A stretch of DNA of 63,222 nt, filler included, from Sluysia triapertura (Eukaryota), in NCBI GenBank assembly GCA_046118255.1. It is 5 parts of 5 records of this genome, joined end to end, with 100 filler letters (N's around TTAATTAATTAA, not from the genome) between each part and the next. Parts side by side here need not be neighbours in the genome. Positions count along the whole stretch, not along the records: positions 35,736 to 48,774 come from JBJNIA010063970.1; positions 48,875 to 63,222 come from JBJNIA010262617.1; 3 more parts are not named here. One strand, written 5' to 3'. Position 1 is the first letter of the stretch; every line of letters starts with the position of its first letter. Positions 42,929 through 52,763 of the stretch are shown piece after piece. The position numbers and the translations under genes are program-made. The notes beneath the pieces are model-generated. The model was not told where the DNA came from, made no database searches, and saw only the letters and a program-made list of their open reading frames with translations.

Positions 42929-42979
42929 AAATCCAACGGCTGGCCCTCGCTGGTAAGTCCAGTACGTTGGTGAACTCAC
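42929..42979 (+). repeat. Dispersed structured motif, copy 4
   Basis: AAATCCAACGGCTGGCCCTCGCTGGTAAGTCCAGTACGTTGGTGAACTCAC. Confidence 0.85.
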
Positions 42980-44189
42980 GAATAAGTTAAGTTTGTAGCA
43001 AATGAATAATTCAAATCTTTAACTGTATTAAATATAAGCTTCACTTAACTGTGACAGGCAATGCGATATAGACAGTAACATCAATAAAAATAATTTTCAA
43101 ACATTGTATATGGAACAATGAACTGTATCATATTCTTCCTTACCTCTACATCATTATCGCATCACAACCGTTCAGCTTTGCTTGACTAATAACATTTTTT
43201 ATTCTTAGACCGTACAAAATAATGTTATTCAAACCATAATTGTATAAACGTGTGCAAGTTGCATTACTATCAACACAATTGTTTCTTTCATATTCACCAA
43301 GTAAATCATTTCTGAATAATGTAATTTTATCTTATCTGTTATTACAATAGTTATGTAATATATTCTTCTGTCTTTATTATTAAATTCAAATTGAACAAAG
43401 TTTATCATCGTGTAGACGTCATTACTACTGTGACATACTAGAAATTAATAGAATTATGATACTTAAGTTAAATAAAATAGACATTATTCATTTGGCGATA
43501 TTATTACCTAATAATATACTTTAGCCAATGTTTTATTTTATTAAATCCAAAAATTATTTATTCATCTTTAGATCAATAACAACAACAATTATAATAATCA
43601 ATTAATAAAAATAATACATACAGAATAAATTATAAAATAATTGATGAGTTATATATATAACAAGATACCAGAAAATATCAAATATGTAAAAAAGATGTTC
43701 TTTTTACTTAAGACAGTATAACAAACGAATTCTAAACGCATTAGCGCTGTATAAGTTAATATGTTTTTTGCAATAAATTTAAATATGTAGAACCTAAATT
43801 AAACAAAACTTGGAAATAATGTGAATATTTAAAAGTCAAATCAATTTTAAAATAAATTACAAACACTGAATTAAGTGAGCAGATACTATTTTATTAATGT
43901 GAATGTGTTATTGTTATCATAAATAAAATTATTAAATAGAAACTTATAATTAAAATATTTATATAAAACTATGTAAATGTTATTCACCAAGTTTAAATTA
44001 AAATTCATCCACATTGAATTAATAATAAAATAATTGAATTCTAATATATTTATAATTGTTCCACTATAAATTTTACAAACCACAAAACATATTGGGACAT
44101 CAGAGTTGATAAACACCAAAAGAAAAACATACATATCTTTTAGTTTATCATGAACACAAAAAACAGTGTTGGTACATTAAACAGACTGA

Positions 44190-45723
44190 TCATAATACAT
44201 AGTTTAGCCCATTTGTACAATAGTTGAGAAATTCGGTTATTAGTGCACCACGATGTAGTATAATTTGAATAGCGACATATATCTTCCGATCAGTTTCAAC
44301 CTTGATGTTGTAACTTCTTGATTCAAGTAAATGAACAGGTGTTATATGACCTCTTAGGACAACGAAATACGTTGATTGCCGTAATCTATCTAAAACTAAA
44401 TTGGCGTCAGCGTTATTGTTTATCAACCACTTTACAAGATCTCGATATGTACTAAATTCGGCATTTGAATGATAGCATTGATTCTGTGCTTAAATTCATC
44501 GTAATATATTTATTCAAAATTCCTGGATTGTTCTTCAATAACGTACTTACATTTTTTATATTTCCTTTTTGAATTGCTTTAATATATAAATCACGATTTT
44601 CTATTTATAAATTTGACGAATCACTACTGATTTTTTTAGAATGCCTCGTTAGTTATAAATTTTGTCTATTTGTGGCACTACTAATTTAGTATTAGCTAAA
44701 TATATTTTATTGGATAGGCAACATTCCACATTGCGTTCTTTATTTTCATATTTTATTATTATACATTATTATTTCCATTTATATCTTCTTGGATTTTATT
44801 CGAATTTTGTGGTATAATTTCAAATTCAACTTGTAAATCACTTTCTGCATCATTTACAAAGTACAATTTTAAATTAATTTCAGATTTTGAATTAATAGCA
44901 TCGGTATTTTCAATATCACTATCATGGTCATCCTGTCCAATCCATGAATTGTTACTGTTACAGACTGATCGACTAGTTGCCATGCCAACAAGTTCGGATT
45001 TGAAATAAGCAATTGCCTGTTATCAGGATTTAAATATAACATATGTTTTACAGTTGCACTTGGTCTTTTATTTCAAATGAATTAGAACTGTAAAGAAATT
45101 GATTTACAGAAGCTAATAATTTGACTTCCAATGAATATTTTATCTTCGAATTTAAAACTGTCTTTTTCATGAGCATGGCCTGGATTGTGTAAAAATACAG
45201 CATTTCTTTTGATTGTATTTTATACCATTGAATTGGCATTATTAAAGTTGCATTTTTCATTCATTTCAAACTAAATATCGGCATATTATCATTTTGGTCG
45301 AGTATTCTTGACTATATATCCCAATGGATACTTTAATTCGAAGATTTTATTTAGATTTTTTATGTATCAAATCGATTTCTGTTTTGATATGACTACCACA
45401 TAGTATATTGCTACCAGTACTTCAACTAGAACTTCTTTTAGTATTATTCGTATTCGAAGGCTGTCCTTAAAAGGTGATTGAATTACGTAATGATTATGAA
45501 TTAATACACTTACGAGGACAAAAATAGTGATACATAAAAATGTGGTATCAATAATTGGTATTGTAATTTCAATTAGTTTTTGAATATCATTGCGTATTAC
45601 ACTGCTGATGATATTGAGAAATACACGCATGGATTCCTTTTCTATTTCGGAAGATGGCTGTATAAAAATCATGTAAGCTTCTTTTATTTGTGATATAGAT
45701 GGAGTTTTCTTTTGACCTGACAA
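44190..45723 (-). pseudogene. Fragmented coding region of unknown family
   Basis: Four consecutive short minus-strand ORFs with protein-like stretches in shifting frames. Confidence 0.3.
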
Positions 45724-45807
45724 CTATATGGATCTTCTGTTATGTTGGCCAGAGATTGAATACATTTGGCAACTTCTTTAATGTAATACAAATTGTTGTT
45801 AAAGAAA

Positions 45808-47265
45808 GACAGTTAGAAAGTGAGTAAAAGAAAGAGTTATAAGAGAAAGTTAATGAAATTGAAGACGTTTAATGGAAATTTCATTTAATTTTACTTTTTG
45901 GATTTTAAAATGCAAATTTAGTAAATTTTGATGCGATGAATGCTTTATATGTCGTGTGGCTTTCAAAATTGGTGTGTTGTAGAGTGTTAAAATGTTGTGT
46001 AAAGGTGCCGGTCACCACAACTATACGGTACTTTTTTTGAAAAGGCTTAAATGTTAAAATTGAAACTCAAAATTATTTAGTAATAGAAATATTTCCAAAA
46101 CGTAGTAACAATAATTGCAAAAAACAGGTCGCTACACTAGTTAAAACAAGACTTAGGAAACGTAAGATAAAAAGTTCACAAATGAGAACAATAATGTTGA
46201 AACAATAATTTTAATAATGTTGAATAACAATGTTAAATTTTGATTGTAAAACTGTGTACGATAAAATTGTGTAATGTTATAAAAGTTTTTTTGAACATAT
46301 ATTAAGTTTGCGTTGTAGTTTAATATTACAATCTATTTGTTGTACGTTAATGCGTTATTTAATGATTTGACAAATGTGTTAAACGGCATTTAAGTTCGTT
46401 TTAATTCTATAATCTATAACTTTTAATTACTCAAACTGTCTCAATACTTTGTTTAGTATAAGCAGTTTTAATTTGTCTCTGACGTAATAGATGGAAGTGC
46501 AAATAAAATTTAAATTTTCTTTCAGTCTTAAATAGAAACAATAACTGTAAATTTTCATATTTTCTATTAAAAAAGACAAATGATGACACAATAAAAATAT
46601 CATAATTAATTACTTATTTTTTAAATTAATTTATAGTTATTTACCTATTAAATAACTTATTATTAAAAAGTTCCAACTTATTAATTTAACGAGCAAGTTT
46701 CAAATTATCAAAGTGAATTTTACATTAACCAAATGAATTCCAAATGACAAGTTTTAAGTTCCCAAATACCTCCTTATAAAGTATTTTTGCGGGTATCTCA
46801 TTACAGTCAAAAGTTTATTTGGTTATCTTCTATAATTTCTTCGCAATCAATTTTTTCCTATACTTAACTTTGTCATAAAGCCAGTTTTACTTTATAATAA
46901 ATGCACGATTTTAATATTTTCCATATAATAATTAATTGCATTCAATAATATAGTTCTGGCTATATTTTCATCCGTTTTATTCATTTGGTATTTTCTACTT
47001 TGTAATTATATATGCTATAGTAAATTTATATTATTCTATAATATAACTACATACTATAGTAAATTTTCATCGTTGCACAAGATTTTAAAACGCCACAACT
47101 CACCAAAAATTAGATTTACACAACATCTAAATTAAAATTACTCATTACATTAATACTTACTAAATTTATGTTTTAAAATCCAAAAATAAAATAAAATGAA
47201 AATTCCATTAAACATCTTCAATTTCACTAACTTTATTTTATAACTCTTTCTTTTACTCATTTTCA
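45808..47265. repeat. Inverted repeat pair, arms ~45808-45925 and ~47157-47265
   Basis: TTACTAAATTT...TTTTAAAATCCAAAAA...TTCCATTAAAC.TCTTCAATTTCA.TAACTTT...TATAACTCTTTCTTTTACTCA occurs on opposite strands. Confidence 0.85.
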
Positions 47266-47414
47266 CTTTTCCTCCACCTCCTATCTAACTGTTTCCTAAA
47301 CTCACTTTTTCTGTTATCTGTTTCTAAATACCTCACAATATACCTCGCTTTCATTCTACAATTAATAAAGCAGTCCAATGTCACTTAGAAGGTATAAATG
47401 ATACTAATATGTAA

Positions 47415-47775
47415 ATATTACGTCAATTGCCAAATGCTAATCGCGAAATGGCGATAATTATGTTTCGTATTTTATTTCGAATGGTTAGTCATGCTGTCGA
47501 TTCTCATAATTTATCGGCTAATGCCATTAGTGCGGCGGAAAGTGATGATAATAAAACTACAAAAACTACTAATAGCTCAAGATTATTAAAGCTGATACTG
47601 AACAAATGTTAGCAGAATCAGTTGCAAAATCAGTTGCCGGTTCAATGTTTCATTTATGTACAACTAGTCCAGAAAATGTAGAAAAAGCTGCTGTTGTTCT
47701 TAAAGGACTAATATTAGATTTTCCAAGTTTTGAAGAATCTTACGTTGATTTCTACTACAGATCTACAATGCTGTA
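47415..47775 (+). pseudogene. RhoGAP domain C-terminal fragment with a frameshift
   Basis: LRQLPNANREMAIIMFRILFRMV, then in another frame LAESVAKSVAGSMF...AAVVLKGLILDF. Confidence 0.55.
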
Positions 47776-48874
47776 GTATAGAAATGATTATCCAAATTAT
47801 TTTTATTCAATTATCGACAAAGGAAAATATCTTACGAGTGAATTTGAAGATATGTTAAGCTTCTCGGAATTTTTATGAATTATAAATGTATAATAATGGA
47901 TCAAAATAAACAACGGCAACGTAAGATGTTTCATATTTAATTACTGAGATTAGAAATGGCCAACAAAATTTTTAAAATGATTGAAATTAAAGATAATGCC
48001 AATTAAGTTAAGCAAATTCATGAAAATGTATCATTTTTAACTGATAAAGAGATTGAACATAAGGTTAACTAGATGATTGAAATTAAAGATTATGTCAATA
48101 AAATTAAACAGATCCATGAATAAATACTGATTATAATTGATACAGAGATCGAACATGACTTTAACAAAATAAACGAGTTCGAAGACAAACCTAAAATAAA
48201 GAAAGCCATCCAAGAGAGTAATCAATATAGAAAATAGAAACAAGTTAAGAAATCGATGTTTAGTTCCGTTGGTTTATTGAAACAAATGCTTATGAAATTG
48301 AAGTTAAAGAATGAAGTATGTCCTTTTAATTCTGTCTGTTTTATTTTATCTGTCTTATTCATCATAACTATGGTTTCTCAATAAGTTTTGTATTATCTAA
48401 AATATATTTAAAGTTTATGGAAAATATATTAGACTTTGTTTATTATGTTAATTTTATATTTTTTGAAAGTTTTACTATAATCCATTCTTATAGAATTACC
48501 ATTACTAAATATAATTTTTTAACAATAATTTTATTAAATAATTTTATAATAAGTATAAATAAGACAAATATATATCCTTTCTTGGCTAATTAAGTATAGC
48601 AAACTAAATTCTTACTTCTTTTTCTTTTATTATTGTGGAATGTATTTATCAGTTGTTTCGTTTCCTTTTTCAAAATTTCAAGTTCTTATTGCGTTTGTTG
48701 AAGATAAAAAGTTATTTATTTTATTAAATAATTATTTATTATTAAAGTTATTTCCTTACAATATTATTATAGATNNNNNNNNNNNNNNNNNNNNNNNNNN
48801 NNNNNNNNNNNNNNNNNNTTAATTAATTAANNNNNNNNNNNNNNNNNNNNNNNNNNNNNNNNNNNNNNNNNNNN

Positions 48875-49513
48875 CTTCATTTTCTTGACACCCCCTCCTT
48901 GGAGAGAGAACGTGTCGGAGATCCCACCGACTAATCCTAGTCTCTTAGGCTCCTCTGTAGATGCATGGAACGCCCTCAACGGACTGTAGTACCGGCGCAC
49001 CTGCCACCCTTTTGCTCCTGACACATGGATGAGTGTCCCCTCCATGAATTTATCCTCACAGGAGGGACAGTACCTTAGAAGGGTTCCATCCCATGTACAG
49101 GCGCAGTTGTGGGGCTTCACTCCTTGTTTGTCCCACTGGGTGATCATTGCCACTCTTGGCAGCATTTCAACACGGCACCTTCCACACACATAAGCATCCA
49201 TAACTTTCACCGGTTTGTGGACCAAACCTTTGAATTCTGTTCTTGGGTTCTCCTGGCTCTTAGGCCTAATTCGTCCGGGGCCTTCCCAGCGAACCACCAA
49301 TTCTGCCTCTCTTAGGCAGATCACGCAGTTATTTTTTATCTCTCTCCATTCTACTGTTTCTCTCTCGGATGACAGGTATCCTTTTCTGGCATAAGCCAGA
49401 GTAATGAGGGCCCTTCCTGCCAAAAGACCACTCGTGGTTCTCCGAAGTGTGACCAGCCCATACACCGTGGCCAAGCGGAGGTAGGCTGGCTGGTCGCTGA
49501 GTTCGTTGGCCAT
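48875..49513 (-). CDS. orf3, Cys-rich protein after pol (213 aa visible, runs off the contig end)
   Basis: ATG 4 nt after the pol stop. Motifs CVIC, CGRC, HNCAC, CPSC. Confidence 0.7.
48883..48926 (-). promoter_or_regulatory. Second copy of the PPT/att box (AAGGAGGGGG then TGTCAAGA)
   Basis: 44 of 44 nt identical to 58332-58375. Confidence 0.9.
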
Positions 49514-49517
49514 TCTT

Positions 49518-52500
49518 TTAATCCTGGTTCTCCTTAGTCGGAATTGGTTTAAGCTGTTCCACTCCTTGGATTCCTCTCTTCTCTAGTAGGACAGTGTTTC
49601 TGTCGAGTATTTCAACCACTGTGTCTACTTCTTCGTACTTAGGCTTAACTGCTGATGACCCAGGCTGCTCTCGTGCCTTTATCCATACCTGTTGTCCGAC
49701 ATGGAATGAGGTCGGGGAGGGAGATCGCTCCTCCTTATCCTTCCGGCCCCTCCCACTCTCTTCCGTCACAAAGGGGCGTTGATTGAGCTCCTCTGAGGGG
49801 GAGGGTCTACCGGCTCGAGGCCTATCATTCAGGGCTTGTGCAATCTCCAAGGCCTTAGTGCTCCAATCCTTACTGTTAGCATTTTTTGCTATCCAGTTTT
49901 TGATAAGGCCTATTGCACGTTCAACTACCCCGTTGGCTTGAGGTGTATAAGGTGGCGAATAAACCCTCATTACCCCATTTTTCTCGCACCAGCGATTTAC
50001 CTGAGCATTTTTGAAATGTGTCCCATTGTCTGTTCGTAGCTCTTTTGGGAGGCCCAGGCTACTGCATACCTGGTCCAGCATGGACACAACGCTGCTCCCA
50101 TTAGCTTTCCTTACTGGTTTGACAATAACATAACCAGACTTGGAGTCCACTAGCACTAGGAGGTATTTTTCTCCCCTCTTACCAGTGACTCCCATCGGGC
50201 CGGCCACATCCATACACACTGATCCCCACGGTATGGTGCTCTTTATGGTCAGCCCTTCTGTCCGTTTTCCTCTTCTCCCTGCGTTATGTTTCCCGCAGGT
50301 TTCACATGTCTGTAGCTCTTGACAGACTCTTTTCACCGGAATCCAGAGGTCCAGCTTTTCCAATTCCTTACGTGTGGGTAGTACTCCGGCATGTCCTAAG
50401 GCCTCATGCACAGACTGTACTACCTTACTCACGTATTCTTCTGGGACCCCTCTTCCCTTGGGGGTTCTGTCCCACTTCTCTCCTCCTATAAGGACAATTT
50501 TTCTTTGTTGTACAAAGAGGTCTATTTCATTATTACCTTTCCAGTAGGCGCCCTGCTTTGTGTGCGCCTTTTGGTGCTGTATTTCCAGGTCTAAATTCAT
50601 TCTCATTTCGGCGATTTTCTTCCATAGGTCATGATGTGCGATTAATTTCCCTCGTGCTGATTCAAATCCATTTTCTTCCCAAATGGACAAATCTTCTTTC
50701 AGAGCTTGGGCGCAGTAGTAGCTGTCTGTAACAATTTTAGCTGCCTTGATTTTTCTTTTCGTGAGCTCGAGCAGACCTTCTAATATTGCAGTTACTTCAC
50801 CGGCTTGTGCGCTCCCTTGAACGCGCCCTTTTTGCCGGTGACATTCTTTGTCGTTTAACTTCAGGATGAACCCCCAATAGGCCGTTTGATCCGGTCCTTT
50901 TCGGGATCCATCTGTGTACAGAGTCCATTCATATTTCTTTTCCTTGACTTCTTTGGTTGTTACCTTCTTTTCGGCAGGTTGTGTTGGGCCAATTTCGAGA
51001 TCAGGGTCTAACAGGATATCTTCCCATCGCCCCCATCTTGTGTTGGTGGCTTTAGTGCTCTCTATGGTGCCTTTTCTCAGGTACTTATGTACCTGACTCT
51101 GGGTTATCACCTTTATCGGCTGTCCTTGGGCTAGGTCCTTCAAGGTGCCCCAATATTTAGCTAAGACAGCCAATTCTTTTTCTTCTTGGGGAAATTTCTT
51201 TTCCACGGGTGTTAGTGTGGTACTCCACAAGGTTACTAATCCACCTTGGTCGTTGCTGACTTTGACCATGGCGTCTTCACCTTCACATACAATTTCAGCC
51301 ACTAATTTGGAGGTTAGGCTCCTTGGTTCGAGCCTAACTGCATCTTGGATTACCTCTTTTAGTTTTTCCAGGTCTTGCTGGTTAGTTGTCGTCCAGCTCC
51401 AGGCTTTCTTGGGATTTACACCTAATTCTGTTTCCCTTTTCTTTAGACAAGCATATAGAGGTTTTGCATACTTCTGGTATCCTGGTACATGGTCACGTAC
51501 ATAATTGCAGAGCCCTAATATTTTTTGAAGGTCATTCTCATTCTTCGGTGGCTGGATTTGATGTATTTTTTCTCTGAAGCCTTCTGAGAGTCCCAAGTCT
51601 GTTGTTACTTGGAATCCCAGATAGTTGACTTTGAATTGACCGAATTGACATTTTGCTAGATTGAGCTTCAATCCTGCAGCTGAAATCCGCTCCACCACCT
51701 TCCTCAGCTTCTGTAGGTGTTCTTCTTCGGTGTCATCTGCTATGAAGACATCGTCAATGTACACAGAGGCTCCTATGTCTCCCAGAACCTCTAGTACAGC
51801 TGATTGAAAGACATTTGGGGAGTTTTTGTAGCCTTGTGGCAGTCTTTGCCAAACATAGCTTTTACCTTTGTGAGTAAAAGCCGTTTTGCCTTGGGACTGC
51901 CTCGCGAGCCTCAGGGAGAAGAAGCCATTTGCTAGATCAATGCAGGATTTATACTTTTTAACTTTTAACGTTTTCAGGGCTCCTTGGGGGTTGATTAGGC
52001 TGGCCCTGTTGGCAACTGTTCTTCTGTTCAGCGCCTTAAAATTAATGACAGGTCGCCAACCCCCTCCTGCGGACTCTGGCTTCTTCACCGCTTGAATAGG
52101 GCTGTTAGTTATAGGGTTTGTCTCTTCTCTGATGATCCCGAGTGCACTCAATTCTCTCACGATTTTATCCATCTCTTCTACAGCACCTGGATTTAGCGGG
52201 TACTGTCTCACTGGTGGGTGCACTCCTCCTTCTATGTGATGGATGAATCTGGGACCCAAATCTCCACAATCATTTTTAAATCTTGCAATTTTCGCAGCTT
52301 CAATTATATGTCGGAGCTCCTCTTTTCCAGCCGGGGAGAAGTCGCTGTCCTTCAACTTTTGTTCCGTTACTTCTGGTATATTTACAGTTTTGTACCATTC
52401 TTCTTTGAGTTTTTCTGTGTTGGTGGGGCCCAGTTTAACAAGTCTTGATTTAAGGATCGTTAGCCTCTTTACTTTTGTCCCTTTGGTTTTTCCTGGTTTG

Positions 52501-52763
52501 TTTAAGACTTCTAAGTCGCTTACTGTTATTAAGTTATATGGGCCTTTTATCCAAATTATCCCTTTCCAAAATCCGTATGGCATTTCTTCAATTGAACCAT
52601 TCGCTAGCTGAACGGTTAGGTGTCCTTCGGTTCTTAGGCTTTTCCGGGTCATTGACACCTCTGCTCCTGTGTCCACCTGGTAAGGGACTCCACTTACTTT
52701 AGTGTAAATTTCGTCCCCCTCCCAGTAGGCATTCTCCAGTGTGACCCGGGGCCTTCGAGCCAT
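49518..52763 (-). CDS. pol: Pol polyprotein: protease, RT, tether, RNase H, integrase
   Basis: DTGA; IDLANGF (DLANGF as in foamy RT); LPQGYKNSP; YIDD; RNase H YTDGS/AGE/TDSYY/GNNEID; integrase H-x4-H...CxxC and D, D(35)E (MDVAG, TDNG, VER). Confidence 0.98.
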   Translation of the reverse strand: MARRPRVTLENAYWEGDEIYTKVSGVPYQVDTGAEVSMTRKSLRTEGHLTVQLANGSIEEMPYGFWKGIIWIKGPYNLITVSDLEVLNKPGKTKGTKVKRLTILKSRLVKLGPTNTEKLKEEWYKTVNIPEVTEQKLKDSDFSPAGKEELRHIIEAAKIARFKNDCGDLGPRFIHHIEGGVHPPVRQYPLNPGAVEEMDKIVRELSALGIIREETNPITNSPIQAVKKPESAGGGWRPVINFKALNRRTVANRASLINPQGALKTLKVKKYKSCIDLANGFFSLRLARQSQGKTAFTHKGKSYVWQRLPQGYKNSPNVFQSAVLEVLGDIGASVYIDDVFIADDTEEEHLQKLRKVVERISAAGLKLNLAKCQFGQFKVNYLGFQVTTDLGLSEGFREKIHQIQPPKNENDLQKILGLCNYVRDHVPGYQKYAKPLYACLKKRETELGVNPKKAWSWTTTNQQDLEKLKEVIQDAVRLEPRSLTSKLVAEIVCEGEDAMVKVSNDQGGLVTLWSTTLTPVEKKFPQEEKELAVLAKYWGTLKDLAQGQPIKVITQSQVHKYLRKGTIESTKATNTRWGRWEDILLDPDLEIGPTQPAEKKVTTKEVKEKKYEWTLYTDGSRKGPDQTAYWGFILKLNDKECHRQKGRVQGSAQAGEVTAILEGLLELTKRKIKAAKIVTDSYYCAQALKEDLSIWEENGFESARGKLIAHHDLWKKIAEMRMNLDLEIQHQKAHTKQGAYWKGNNEIDLFVQQRKIVLIGGEKWDRTPKGRGVPEEYVSKVVQSVHEALGHAGVLPTRKELEKLDLWIPVKRVCQELQTCETCGKHNAGRRGKRTEGLTIKSTIPWGSVCMDVAGPMGVTGKRGEKYLLVLVDSKSGYVIVKPVRKANGSSVVSMLDQVCSSLGLPKELRTDNGTHFKNAQVNRWCEKNGVMRVYSPPYTPQANGVVERAIGLIKNWIAKNANSKDWSTKALEIAQALNDRPRAGRPSPSEELNQRPFVTEESGRGRKDKEERSPSPTSFHVGQQVWIKAREQPGSSAVKPKYEEVDTVVEILDRNTVLLEKRGIQGVEQLKPIPTKENQD

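Noticed and set aside
42929-42979. HDV-like, twister or hammerhead ribozyme, or U1 snRNA
   Set aside because: CCUCGCUGG, UAAG and ACUUACC give partial resemblance, but I could not build HDV P1/P2, the twister second pseudoknot, a hammerhead core or the U1 body.
427-48822. Short Ile/Leu/Tyr-rich ORFs (e.g. 427, 11612, 18952, 30869, 36403, 41243, 43886) and ORFs spanning N runs
   Set aside because: Products of ATT/TAT microsatellites, AT bias or gaps.
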